Positions 40,064-56,543 are shown, counted from the stretch's first letter. The stretch: 64,000 nucleotides of DNA from Yuukianura sp. NJ FZ-2021 (GCA_046563655.1 CM102289.1:3596001-3660000); one strand, 5' to 3'. Notes: a model not told the origin generated them from the sequence alone. Numbers and translations: made by a program.

Positions 40064-40698
40064 GATGACAGTTGCCGTGTACTATCTCTTCCGCTGTAAA
40101 TTTTGAATTCAATTTTTTTTCAATTCAGAAATTTAACATGCAGCAAACTTATGTGTAGTTTGGGTTTCCCTGCATTGTTTCACATGTTTTTGCGTTAAAA
40201 TTCGTACAAAGTATGATTTTAATGATATGAGACAGTTCTCAACTACTATTGTTCCCAGCACAAGGTTAAGTGAATGGCAATGAAACCAAGAAAAAATCAA
40301 ACCAGTTTTAAGGTAACGCTACAGCAGCAGATTGAATTTTGTGTCCCGTAAGTATACTGCATTCTCACATGACTCACTGCGCCACTAATTAAACTTCGCC
40401 GGTATTTAAATTTTTCCCACCCTACAAGCAAGCGAACGAAACTTGTTTTCCCACCAATGCAATACCGTCTTTTTGAAAAATAAACCATATTTTAAAAAAA
40501 AGACAATTAGGGGTCATAGGTTAAACAATTTTGATGTGACCATCACGAATCACGATTGTTTTAACAAGAAGTGTATCCGACTCCAAGTTAATTTTAATTT
40601 TCGCATTCCTTCAGTAGCATTCCATCATGTCAACTTTTAAAATACTACTAGCAACGTTTTAAGGAAACATCGACAATTCCAGCTTAGACGGAACATCT

Positions 40699-42438
40699 TT
40701 AGTTGATTTCCAATTCGGAGTTGACGTCTCCATACTTTTGGCGATGCGTGTAGTAAAGATTACGAAGTTCATCTATATACTGCGCATGTACTTGGTCTAC
40801 ATACTCTGTAGTAGGATGGCTTTGTTGAACCACTTCAATAGGCGAGCCAACTAAACAAACCGCATTTGATAACTAAGCAAACAACAACAAAATATTTTTT
40901 TAACTGACCAACAGTTGTGATTGGATGACGACGAGGGAGAATTCCAAACCCGTTTTGAAAAATGCCGCGTCCATACCAGAGCGGGAATGGAAGACCAGAC
41001 CATTTAACACAAGTTTCTTGAATGGCCCTAGCCCAGGACACCTCTGGATTTAATACCTGAGAAAAAGTTTCTGTTTCACGGAAGCTGTACACAGGAACGA
41101 CAGGAGCCCTTAAGAATATATCGCGTCAACAAAAAACACGAATTGAAAAGCAAATTCCGTATTTCTACTGTTTTTTAAAATATACCCGTTTTGTATGGCT
41201 ACTCTGATAAAGCCTTTTCGTTTTTTTAAGTACAACTTGTTAGTTCCAGGACGAGATAAGATTGCTGCTCTACGACAAAGTTAAGCTCTCAACTACGAAA
41301 TTGAGCAAAGTGCTTAATTTCTTTAAAGCAAAAAAAAAATATTATGCGCTATTTAATAACTTATTGAGGCGAGATTCGATTACCCTCCCTAGCACCTCCT
41401 GGCACTATTATGGCGAGGTTCCCTCCTCCTTCCTTTTGAAGCAGAACGGAAATGCTTTCAGCATTCACCGAACATCCTCCTGTAATGTGTTTCTTGTGAA
41501 ATGAAATTTTGTTTGTTTCAGATTTGAATCTTTTCGATTGAATTTTACCAAGATGTATAAAAACAATTACCCAAAAAAAGCAGGATTTCTCGAAATATTG
41601 GAACGAAGAAGAGCAGGTCAAAGGTAAAAAATTTTGTTTTTAGGCCAGGGAAAACTAAATGAGCATCAGTTCCATCTGTAATTAAAGTTCCCGTGACGCC
41701 TGAAAATAACTTAAGGTTATAGCATACTTCAAACAAAAGGCAGAAAATCAAAACTAAAATTTCTGTGTCTTGGTTTTAAATCAATCAATAGCAACTTTAC
41801 TTAAAATTAGTTACCTGTTACAAGTACGCCATGCGGGTGGCAGGCTGCTAAATAATTTCTACTTGGATCCAAATCTACGGTTTTGACTAAGCTCAATGGA
41901 AAGTACTTTGCATACCACTTAGGAAATGGAAGCCTCCACCTGCAGCTCCATCTAAATCAGTATTAATTACTCATGCTTTTCGTAAAACCGATTCAAATCA
42001 AAGGTCAACGACCTTTTGAAATCTACCTTCGACCTCCTCTCCTCCCAATTTCAAGGTCATTGTACACCCAAGTGAGGTACACTGCTGCTATGTACCAATA
42101 CTGAGTAAAGAAAAGAACATACAATGTAACCCAAATTCCAGTCGAACCAAGAAGCATCATCAACTCCCACACAAGGATGCCAATCTGCGTAGAGGAATTT
42201 AAATTTCAGATTCGAATTACCGCGGAATCCGATTTCTTTTTAACACAACGCCGTACGGTTTCTCTTTTCCGAAGCCAAGGAGTACATATTGGGTCAAATG
42301 TCAGCACACTAAAAGATGCAAAGATACTTTGTATATTAAATAACTATTGCAGTATTTTATTATTAAATTATGAAAATTATTTTTATATTTTTATTAACAT
42401 TTTACAGTGAAATTTTCTAACCTGTTGAGTATACCCAT
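40699..42438 (-). CDS. DGAT2/MOGAT-family acyltransferase, copy 2 (tandem duplicate)
   Basis: Same exons and HPHG motif; upstream non-coding DNA also duplicated (~40140-40520 vs ~42530-42890). Confidence 0.9.
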
Positions 42439-43202
42439 GATCAAAGTTATTAGAGCAGTAATATCCTTATCAATGTATAATAATTTTTTTTTAAACTAGA
42501 AAAGGCTGGAATAAACTTCTTTGAAACTTTTGGTTTTCCCTGCTTGTTTCACATGTTTGGAGTTAAAAGCCGTGCAAAGTATGATTTAATGATACGAGAC
42601 AAACGACTATTTTTGTTTCCAGCTCAAGGTTAAGTGAATGGCATTGAAGCCAAGAAAAAAATGAAACCAGTTTTATGGTTAGGCTACAACAGCAGATTTA
42701 ATTTTGTGATCACGAAACTCCATGCAATTTCCGCATGACTCACTGCGTCCCTAATTAAATTTCGCCTGTATTTAAATTTTTCCCACCCTGCAAGTAAGCG
42801 TACGCAACTTAGTCCCACCAACATCATCCTGTTAAGAAACAAAGTATATCTTTGAGGGAAACAAAGACAGCTAGGGGTCCTAGCGTAAACAATTTTATTT
42901 AAAGCGCATAAACTAAATGATAGAAATGAAATGATAGAAATAGGCTAAATGGTTATTGTATAGGAATGAGGCCATTTGGCAATTAGTTTATAATTGACAT
43001 TTTCACACAATCTTATTAGCATATTAAACCGAAGGAATTCTTTATTTGTTTGAGTTATTGTTAAACAATTCACGAAAATTTGAAACAGGACTGATGAAGT
43101 ACGGGTGGACATTTCGAGTTTTATTTTCAAATAATTTTTGAAAACCGTAAATATTCCGCATAAATTATCGGATTTAGTTTATGTTTCAGCACAAAACACG
43201 AT

Positions 43203-44271
43203 TTAGCTGGAACACCAATAACCTGTAAACCAGTTTTTGATGTTAGATTTTTTTCAATTCCAATTCTGAGTAATTTCTTGAAAAACTTACTGTCGTAGCA
43301 GGTATCCTCCTCTATGAGATTTCGGAACCAAGACTGATCCCACGCTTCATCTTCGTGCAAATAGCCACCTAGGCTTTTTGGTAGAATTTCTCGTGGTACA
43401 ATCTTGTCCAATCCGTCGCTGCCTCTGTGAAACGTTATTCTTTGACGTATTTTATAGGAATAGAACTTTGATGCAATTTTAAAAATTGGCCAAAACAGCC
43501 GTGATACGCTAAGATAATGAATGCCACCAATTCGCAGAGGAAAAGTATCCTGTTGATGTATCAAAAACTTGACATACATTCGAAAGACATTTTTTTTGAT
43601 TTTTTTGAAACTACATAAAACCGAAACTAAATTTAACTTTCATTAGTAACTTTATTTATTTTTATACCGTGCCCAGCTTCGAGGCGAACTGGATTGCAGA
43701 GTACGTAAGGGCTCTGGCATGTTTAAACGACAGACCGGATAAATCCACGATGCCTTTTCCTCCATGAATTTGGATGTCCTTGTCCTTAAGCGCTTCTTCA
43801 GTGCAAAATGCAATTGCTAACATCAGTTTTTCCAAGGATACTTCACGTGGATCCCAGTTTTGAAAGGACACGCAGAGTACTCTGACATTGTTCACGTGAC
43901 TTTTCAGGAGTTTGAGTGCGCCGGAGTTAAAAATGTGAGTAAATTCTGAAGCTCGGATTCCTTTGAACAAGTCACTTCTAGTCTGAATGGAATCGTAGTA
44001 TTTACATATGGCGCTAATTGCGCTCTCGACGTTGTACTTTTTGGCGCGTATGAATTTTGCCAAAAATTCAAAATCAGTTCGTGGAGATATACCGTCTATA
44101 TTTTCTAGAAACGAAGAAAGTTAAGTTGATTTGAGTTAAAAAAATATATAAATACTTTTCTAAAATAACGAAGAGGTTCGGTTTACCAAATATTTGCTGC
44201 CTGACGATTTCTACCAAATCATTCAAATTTTCTTCAGATGCACTGGTACAACTTTTTGAAAACTTGCTCAT
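43203..44271 (-). CDS. CRAL-TRIO (alpha-tocopherol transfer protein/clavesin-like) 1
   Basis: FLAKFIRAKKYNVE; QIHG; VDLSG; FPLRIGGIHY; LPKSLGG. Confidence 0.9.
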
Positions 44272-45340
44272 TTCTCAAATTTTTACGTATACGTTTAGTT
44301 AAGTGCTTTTAAATTCTCATAAATCTGCGTAATTTTCTCGTTTTCTGCCAAGATTTGGTACAAATTTAACTGTGGCGAACTTAATTTTATATGGACTGAA
44401 AGAATTTGCTACAAAAGAAATATAACTGAAAGCTCCGCAAGTTCCAGTGGGAAAAACTTGGCTTCAATATTATCACCTCGTCATCGTAACAACAGTATTA
44501 ACCGTCTAAACTCAAATGCTAATTTACCGCGCAGTGATTAAAAATTTTACCTAACAAGGTATAATTTCAAAAGTTCCCAGCGATCTCAGCGATATACGTC
44601 TAGCGTCAGTGGTTTTAGTTCACTTCGTTAAATTTTTATCTAATTCTTCACAGTATTTAGATCTTTTCCTGAGAAAACACGATTTAACTTAAAAAAAATG
44701 ATTTTTTTTTCAATGTTCCAGGGTGTAGAAAAATTAAGCCATAGACCCAAAATAATTGCAACTCTCAACGTTTATTAGAATGTCTATAATTTTTGTGCTT
44801 CATTATGGCAAATTCCAGGTTTCCATTCCATAGATAGACAGCAAAAACTTGCTGATTGTATTGTTGAGAAATGAAAAAATAATGAAAATCTGCATAAAAC
44901 AAATGAATAATGACATCACATCCTGTTCATATCGGCAGACTATACTAAATAAATGTTATGCCAATCGTATAACAGTGCGGCAGCGAACTTCACAAAACAT
45001 TGGTGAGCGACCTTCTTGCCGTTTTGGAAAGTGCATCTCTCATTGCTCCATTTGTTGGAATAGCTGGGCTGCCAATAACCTACAACAAAGAGAAAAATTA
45101 TTGCTTTATTTAGGTATTTTACATAAATCGGATAAATAATTTACAATAATACTTATAAAATCGTACTGTCGTAAGTATTCTTTTCAAAAAGATTTGCAAA
45201 AATAGACTTATCACGCTTTATCTTCATCGTCTTCATTCACGTCAATTGTTTCGTCGGACCTGCTTCGAAAATGCCAACATATCACCAATGAATGATCAAA
45301 TTGTGTTCATAACGGAAATTAATCAAATTGATAGGTATAC

Positions 45341-46426
45341 TCACATCGGTTTCCAATAACCTAAAGAAAAATAAGGTACGTTTGAACAGAATAGTTTGTT
45401 ATAATTTGTCACAATAAATGCAAATCATTGATATTTTTTGAACTTAGAGTCTCACTGTCGTAGCATGCATCCTTTTCCACGAGGTTTTGTAAAACGTACT
45501 GATCCAATGCTTCATCTTCTTCCAATTCGCCACCTAGCCTTTTTGGCAATACTTCCTGCGGTACATAATCATCCAATCCCGTGTGCTCTTTATGAAGGGT
45601 TAATCTTTCACGCAGTTTTCGAGGAAAAAAGCTTGATGCAATTTTAAAAATTGGCAAGAATATCAATGGCGTATTTACATAATGAATCCCGGCAATACGT
45701 ACAGGGTATGTGTCCTACGTCAAGATACAAGAAGAAAAAAACAAGAAACAAGTTGAAATGGACGGAAAATTTTCAATCGTGTTAGCATTTTGGATTCTTT
45801 TTTAATTACCAAAATCAGTTTCACAGCAAACTTGACACCGGAATAGCTGAGTGCTCTCACATGCTTAAATGATAGCTCAGATAAATCAATAATGGCCTTG
45901 ATTCCGTAGATTTGAAACGTATGATCCAGCAAGGCCTCTTCAAGGTAAAATGCAGATCCTAATATAAACTGCTCTAAGGAAATGTCACATGGATCCCACT
46001 TATTCATGGACACTAAAATTACTGTGACCTTGTCCACATCGCCTTTGAGGATCTGAAACGATCCGGACTCAAATAGGCGCGAAAAATCAGAGACTCGAAT
46101 TCCTTTGAACAGGTCACTTCTAGTTTCGATTGATTTGTAGTATTTACAGATGGCACCAACAGCTTCTTCAGCTCTGTACTTTTTTGCACGGATGAATTTC
46201 GCCAAAAATTCGAAATCAGTTCGAGGCGTTGTGGTATCAATCTTTTCTGTAAAAAAATCAAAATCTCGGATGTGTAGGTTTGAATATTCCTGAAAACTGT
46301 TTTTAAAACAAATTACTAATTATCGTAAGAAATAAGTATACCCAAAATTTGCAACCTAACAAATTCCACCAGTTGATCCAAGTTCCTTTCTCCACGGTCA
46401 ATATTAGTGGTAGTTGCTGAGGTCAT
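45341..46426 (-). CDS. CRAL-TRIO protein 2
   Basis: As above; YPVRIAGIHYVN; LPKRLGG; ends SYWKPM*. Confidence 0.9.
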
Positions 46427-47417
46427 GACTCGCTAGCTAAAGGTACTAGGTAACTAATTCGACATTTTTTATAAGGACGTTTTTAATAACCAACTTAACA
46501 GTGTAAAAAGAGAACTAATGCTAATGGAAACCAGGTAAAACCTGTTACACAACTGATAATTGAGCCACTAAATTTTATTGCGGAAAGTGGTGCGAAAAAC
46601 TTCAATGAAAAACTTTGTTAAAATAATATTGGCGTAAAGCTACCAAAAGGTTAGGTTTGACTTTACTAATCATTAATGGGGCTCCCACAATATTACAAAG
46701 CCTTTAGATACTAAGTCATTTGCAGATCTGTATTTTGTAATGTGTGTTTGCTCCAGAAGTGACAAGAATTGCGCAAAAACGCTTATCACTATCAGCCATC
46801 TACTAAAGCACTATGGGTTAGTCAAATTTAAACATAAAAATGTAATAATAATTTTTTCGTTCCGGTACACAACTCTCATCAACAGAAACGCAATTAAATT
46901 TGGTGTTAATCTTTGATTTTCAGAGTTCAGAACAGTACATACTTCACAATTTCTTCCACTAACCATTTCATGGCGGTACTTTGGATTGTTTATTTACATT
47001 TAAAAGGCTACACTTATTGTACTGACAAATAAACGGTTGTAAACCGGTGTACGTAAGTAGCGGAACATGGCTGCTGGTCGGCCAGACAGACAAGGTGGAG
47101 TCATAAAGTAGCTTCAGCCACTTAATAAATTACTGCAGAAGATCTGTATTGTGAATTGGGATACTCACTTGCCTTGATCCCAATCCAGCAAAACATTGAG
47201 GACAACACGGCATGAAATGTCACAGTTTTGTGTTTGTGACTTTCATGATTTTATAAACTTAGCTTATTCTCAACTGTTACAAAATGAAAGCGACAATTGG
47301 ATTACTACAGGTACAACATAATGCAAAAATTTAAAACAACTCCTGGCAGAAGAATGCACTCGTGTTTGTCAGCCAAACACGAAATGAATGATGCTTTCTT
47401 TTGTTTATCGTAGTGTG

Positions 47418-48466
47418 TCATTCCTTCGCGTTTGCGGGCTTCCAATAGCCTGAAAACAGTCGCAAAACTTTTTACTCTTCTTTTTCATTTTGAAATTTTT
47501 TTAAAAATCTTACTGTCATAACAAGGATTTTGTTGCATGAGATTTAAAAGCACCGAGTTGTCCCACGCCTCATCTCCTTCCATCAGTCCACCTAAATGTT
47601 TTGGAAGCAACTCCGGTGAAATAAATTCCAGCAATGTTTTCATATCGGAATGAAACTTGATCCTGTCACGAATTTTTTTCGGAAGAAATTTTAAGACCAT
47701 TGTATAAATTGGCCAAAATATTGATGGGGTATTAACAAAATGAATTCCGGCAACTCGTAGTGGATAAGTTCTCTACAAAAGGAACTGAAAATTAAATTCT
47801 TGAGTGGCTTTTTTAAACAAAAAAAAATGAAAGTTTTTGGTTTTTTACCAAGCTATAATTCATGAAGAACATTAAGTGCTTATAGGTCAACTGTCTGACA
47901 TGGCCGAACGAGAATCCAGACAAATCTATGATTGCCACGCCACCATGAATTTGAAACATTGGATTCTTAATATCCTCTTCAAAGACAAATACCGAAGACA
48001 GCATCAATGTTTCTAGAGATACTTTCCTTGGATCCCAAAGGTCAATGGAGAAACACAACAGAGGTACATTGTTAATTCGACCTTTGAGGTGTCTCACAGG
48101 CCCTGATTTGTATACAGATTCAAACTGCGCCGCTGTAATTCCCTCTAACTTGTCAAGGTTAGATTGAATCCCATTGTAGTATCTCTGGATCGAACAAATG
48201 GCAGCTTCTACGTTGTACTCCTTTACACGAATGAATTTTGCCAAAAATTCAAAATCTGTTCGTGTCTTTAGAACAGAATCGGTTTCTATCAAAAATGGCA
48301 ATAGGAAATACTGTTTTTAGTTTTTAAATACAGTACTAAACCGGTTTCTTAATCGTAACCTTTTAGTTTATCTATTTCGTATTTCACCTTGCAGTCGATT
48401 TTTGGCAGTTTCGACCAGTTGCTCTAGTTCTGTTTCCAAGTTTTGCGCCCCCATTTGTATTGCCAT
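47418..48466 (-). CDS. CRAL-TRIO protein 3
   Basis: FLAKFIRVKEYNVE; QIHGGVAIIDLSG; RDRIKFH; LPKHLGG. Confidence 0.9.
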
Positions 48467-49041
48467 GTTGTTCTAAACAATGAAACTTATGATGTGACTT
48501 GTGCTTCGAGCGCAACTAGTTAATTTTGTTTTGCATTAATTGAGATGGTGGCTTCGGGTTAAATTACTCTAAAAAAAACGTGGGAAAGTGAGAAAGCGAT
48601 CAACCCAACTTTTAGTTCTTTTTACAAGAATTCCGAAGGCCATTGGACAATTCTGTCGAAAAAGGTAGTTTTTGTCTGAAACTTACTTATATTGAAATTG
48701 ATGAAAGATAACTAAAAAAGTAACTCGTACTTCTAATTCTCGTTAAGACAATAATTAAACTTCCTTTTTCAAATAGAAAAATGCCAATTTTTTTTGTTTC
48801 ATTTCGCGATCCGCCCGTATTTGACGGGGTCCAAACGATCTCCATTATAAGAAATGGGCGGCCATTAGTCAATTCCCAGTACAAGGTGCATGGAAAATCT
48901 AAAAATAAACTCTCCCCAAAACGCGAAAAACAAAACGTATAACTTGTAAACTCGTATAAATAAATGTGGATATGATACTTTTCAAAAATCAGATTTTCAT
49001 TTTAAATATTAATGCAGCATTATCCGCTTCAATTATACCGA

Positions 49042-49138
49042 TAAATAAACTTCTTGCAAAGCCAGTATAAGTAAGTATCGTCAGATCAATTATAGAGAAT
49101 TCCCATACAGAATATTGCTGACCTTTACCTCCGATATT
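49042..49138 (-). mobile_element. Terminal remnant of the element at 8842-9848
   Basis: TAAATAAACTTCTTGCAAAG..TAAGTATCGTCAGATCA.TTATAGA matches 8842-8935. Confidence 0.75.
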
Positions 49139-49819
49139 GATACTGCAATAATTGTAATAATCTACGAATAATTGCAATAACTAGGTTTATTATAATTTCT
49201 ACATTTTTTGCACATCATTTATTTCAACTAAAAACATTTAAATAAATTCTGGTTCTGTAAATAGACAACAAAGCTTGCTTGATTTATTGTGTGTAGTGCT
49301 GTGCATTAGTGCAATCAAAATCGGAATAAAACAAATAAGTAAATGAGAATGAACTCACAAAACCTGTTCACCATCAACATACTAAATGCTATACTATACT
49401 GGAATGTTTCGCCAATCGTACGACGCTGTAATAGCCTAGCGAACTTCAAAAATAAAGTGTTTCAAATTTTGAAAAGCCCATTCCTCACGTTCTATAGTTT
49501 CATTTGTTGAAGTACCTAGTTGGGCTACCCCACTATAAAAAAAAATAGTGCTCTACGTTAGTTTATATTTTACATAAACCCAGATATTTAATTTAAATTA
49601 CAATAATAACTTATTGTAATTATAAGGATACAATCGTATTGTCTTAACGAGTGTTTTTTGCTGCAAGATGTGCAAACACAGGCTGATTCCACACCTCATC
49701 TTGCGTCGTTCAAGTCAATTGTTGCGTCGGAGCTGTTCCAGAAATGTCAAAAGATCAAGAGTGAATATTCTGCTGAAATGGTGTTCCTAAACTGAAACTA
49801 ACGAAATCGGTCGGTATAC

Positions 49820-50962
49820 CTACGTCGCTTTCCAATAACCTAAAAGAAAACAAGATTATGTGAGAAAACTAGCTTCTCATAGTAAATTCAATTGGAAATT
49901 ATAGAAATTTTTTGAAATAAAAAAAAATTAAAGTCTCACTGTCGTAGCATGTATCCTTTTCCATCAGATTTCGTAACACATGCGAATCCCATGCTTCATC
50001 TTCTTCCAATTCGCCACCTAGACTTTTTGGCAATACCTCCTGAGGTACATAATTTTCCAATCCTATGTGATCTCTATGAACCGTTAACCTTTCACGGAGT
50101 TTTTGTGGAAAAAAACTTGATGAAATTTTAAAAATTGGTAAGAATATCAATGGAGCATTTACATGATGAATTCCAGCAATTCGGACAGGGTAGGTGTCCT
50201 ATAAGTATCAAATAAAAAAAAACAAGGTATAGATGTTAAAATTGATGAAAAATTTCAATAGTACTTTCATTACTCAACATTGTGTGTGTTTTTTTTGTAA
50301 TTACCACAACCAGTTTCACAGCAAACTTGATGCTGGAGTAGCTGAGTGCTCTCACATGTTTAAATGATAGCCCAGACAGATCAATGATGGCCTTGGCTCC
50401 GTGGATTTGGAAAGTAGGATCCAGTAATGCTTCTTCAATGTAAAATGCGGATGCTAATATCAACTGCTCTAAGGAGATGTCACACGGATCCCACTTATTC
50501 ATGGACATTAGAACCACGGTGACCTTGTCCGCGTCACCTTTGAGGATCTGAAGCGCGCCGGACTCAAATAGGCGCGAAAAATCAGAGACTCGAATTCCTT
50601 TGAATACGTCACTTCTAGTTTGGATTGATTTGTAGTATTTACAGATGGCGCCAACAGCCTCTTCAGCTCTGTACTTTTTTGCACGGATGAATTTCGCCAA
50701 AAATTCGAAGTCAGTTCGAGGCGTTGTGAAATCAATCTTCTCTTTAAAAAATCAAAATCCAAGAAGTGTAGTTTTGAATATTCCTGAAAACTGTTTTTAA
50801 AAACAAATTAGAAATATAAGTTATACCCAAAATTTGTGACCTAACAAATTCCACCAGTTGATCCAAGTTCGCTTCTTCGCTCTCAACGGTAGTGCTAGTT
50901 GCTGAGGTCATGACTCGAACCTTAGGTGCACTAGCCCCCTTTTTAGTCTTTTTTCTTGGCAT
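49820..50962 (-). CDS. CRAL-TRIO protein 4 (recent duplicate of 2)
   Basis: Near-identical translation to protein 2; flanks also similar; Lys-rich N-terminal extension. Confidence 0.9.
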
Positions 50963-52062
50963 GGAACCTTTCTAAACAACCAACTTAACAGTGAAAAAAG
51001 AGAATTACAAGACAGCTGAAGTGCTTTAACACAACTGATAATTGAGTGGAAAGTGTTGCAAAAAACTTCAGTGCAAAACTTTAGTAAAAAAAAACTTTAG
51101 AGGTGCAAAAAAATTCAGCCACTCAGGCTCCGGATGATGTGCTCTCACAGAGCATTTTCTGCTGGACTCACTCACATATCTAGGAGACAAAAATTGTGCA
51201 AAAACACTTACTATCAGTGAACTACTAAAGCAACCATCAGTTAATCAAATGATCCAAAGCATAGACATTTAATTAGATTTTTTGCGTCGCTAACAATATA
51301 AAGCAAAATCTCATCAACGGAAATTATTAAACTACCAGGTCCAACGTCCAACTAGTAGGTCCCATGCCATTGGTTCCACTAAATTAGTAGGAAATAAAAT
51401 GGTTAAAAAATTGATTCGAAAACCTAACCTAAATACACCGTGAACCTAATGTTTTTGCACCAATTCCGTTTTGAACTAAATGGCGTTCTTCCGTCTACAA
51501 TTTTGGTTAGAAATCAGAAAATTCAAACTTCATCTCGTTCAATTCTTTTAAGTTTACAAGAAGTAAACTTAAAAATATGAAAAGCTTGTCTGCCTTTCAG
51601 TGGATTCGTCAAGAACTTATTTTTCCCTCGCTGTTTAAAATTTCCCTTGGCGGGAATTTAGTTGGAAACCTTTATGTGTTTGTTTTTGTTCTTTCTTTTG
51701 CCTGTCTTTTGTCTTTTCTTGTCGTGTGTCGCTCGTTTTTTGTAAAGAACCTTTTTCACTTTAGTATTTTTGCTCTGTCGTTTTGACGTTCTTTACATTT
51801 ATATTTTCAGTTGATTAATTTGGTATTCTACACTAAACAAGCGGATATACGAAAGGTAACAACCGAACAAGTTCTTCGGGATACGTAGTTTTGTTATTAT
51901 CGTAGTAACTGGGCGATTTCAATTTTTATTTTATTCCATAAGAAATGTGATGTTAAATTTGAAGTTGCACGGTTCAACTTAATTTTTGATGGTAGGTAAA
52001 TGCTTGAATTTCAAAGTCATATTTTAATTTGTGTTTGTGTGTGTATTCTAGAAAAATTCAAC

Positions 52063-52764
52063 ATGAGCGATTGGAAAACAGCTCTGGAAAACGCGGCTAA
52101 AGAATTTGCAATGCCGGATCCGGAACGATTCCATCCGGAACACGTGATTCCCCCAATTGAAAATTATGATATAAAAAACCTCATTTTGACCGCCAAGGCT
52201 AAGGACTCACCCTTTGTCAAACAAGCGTACACGGCTGCTCGTAAAGACTTCATCTCATTTATTAAGGCTTACAATTCCAAATTGCTACCGAAATGGGCCT
52301 ATGGAGACGATCAGCGAGCCCTGGTTGCCAATCTACGTCAGAAGTGGACCGAGTTCAGCGATGTATTTCCATCTTTGGGCTTCGAAACTGGACCGGACGG
52401 GTCACCGGATCCCATTGCACTCGTTCACAAACTAATTGAAATCGGAGAAGCATTTGATCTGAGACTCAGCAGTTCCGATGTTTGGATGAAGTATTCGAGG
52501 AGTGCCCAGAGTCTTATGGCTAAGATGCAAGATTACTGTTTCGACAACCTGTGAGTAGAAAATCACCTCTCTTTTAGGATAGTAATGGGTTGTCATTCTA
52601 AGATTTTTATCGCTGTATTTTTTAGCTACTTCAGTATGCGAAAGGCAGGACAGTTACAATTTCCTGGAGAGCTACCGCGGGAGCAGCAGCAGATGTCGTC
52701 GTACTCTGAATCGTTCGATCCAACCAGTCCATTCTTCGGTATTCATCAGGGATTCCATAACTGA
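52063..52764 (+). CDS. Uncharacterised ~208-aa soluble protein (2 coding exons)
   Basis: Long GC-elevated ORF from MSDWKTAL; CT/GTGAGT donor at ~52550 and TTTAG acceptor at 52625 keep the frame to TGA; no family recognised. Confidence 0.7.
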
Positions 52765-53624
52765 AGACCTCAAGACTGATTGTTCCTGTTCCTAAAAAGA
52801 AAACGATTCTCAGATGTAACTTAAATAATCCTCTGCCAATTGATACTGATACAGTTTGTCATTAATTCCTGTACAATTTACATAATTCGACCAGGCGTAA
52901 TAGATTGTTTTTTTTATGCAAAAGTTACGTAAAGCTTGGTTACGTAAGCGTAGCGGCACAGCCATGCTCATATTTGTTGTGAATTTTTTCGAAGAGTTAC
53001 TATTACTAAGCAAAGCACAAGTAAAAACTAATCGTAAGTTTTACGTCTTCAATACCCGACTGGAACGCTGGATAAGCCCTGAATTTATTATTCCCAGGCA
53101 ATTGAATTAGTCCTACATGTAAACCTAGACTAACACCAGCAAAAACATAAGCGTAACAAACCAAAAACATAACCTACATAATCTGCAAATCATAACATAA
53201 CTACCACTGAACTCGTTGAACCATCTAGTATTTTATAGCACATTCTAGTTCCGATTTGCAATAATTTTAGTAGATTTTACATTAAGAATTGGACAATTTA
53301 TTTTATTTTCTTAATATTTGTAGATTAACCGTAAAACATTTGATCCTTTCCTTTCGATTTCTTCAAGAAAATGAAGAATTTATACTCTAGCAATCAGTTC
53401 AATTACGTAAGTGTCACTTATGTAATTGAACTAATACAATGACGTGGAAGCGGTTCAACGCAACGCAAAAACTCAAAAAAATGTACTCGTATGTCATGCA
53501 TTTAGTTCTAAAATCCATGACAGTTTTCAGTTTAGTGTAAATCGCAACCAAAACAACTAACATTATAAGAAAAATGGCTGCCCACAAAGAGACATATGCT
53601 TACTTGTATTAATTTCGGCATGAC

Positions 53625-56130
<2,506 letters not shown>

Positions 56131-56216
56131 CGTTCCGGTTCCGGTAGACCCTCGAGTCGAAAGTCTCGACGATGACGAGCAGGAGACTTCCAAGATGCAA
56201 GGTGTCTGGATCGGAA

Positions 56217-56492
56217 GTATGCTAGTGACGACGATGGGAGTTGGAAAAGACGACTGAGCAACTTGATGAAAATCAGAATCAGATTAACAACGGTTTTCTA
56301 CAGGAATAGACATGTTCAAAACCGTATAAAACATGAGCCGTGGTTAACAATTTGGTCCGATTCCGCCACGCTGCGCTAGTATTATGCTCCATACAGTTCC
56401 GTAGAGACAACTAGTGTATTGCCGTGGATGTATGCTAGTGACGATGGGAGTTGGAAAAGACGACTGAGCAACTTGATGAAAATCAGATTAAC
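56217..56492. repeat. ~63-72-bp direct duplication (56217-56288 / 56430-56492) flanking the inverted copy
   Basis: GTATGCTAGTGACGA(CGA)TGGGAGTTGGAAAAGACGACTGAGCAACTTGATGAAAATCAG..ATTAAC occurs twice. Confidence 0.95.
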
Positions 56493-56543
56493 TTACTTTA
56501 AATAGATTAACCTAACCTAGCACATACACTGATGAAAGTTTTA

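Noticed and set aside
52063..52554. Endogenous viral nucleoprotein
   Set aside because: Only the first few residues look vaguely similar; no motif support and the gene has canonical introns
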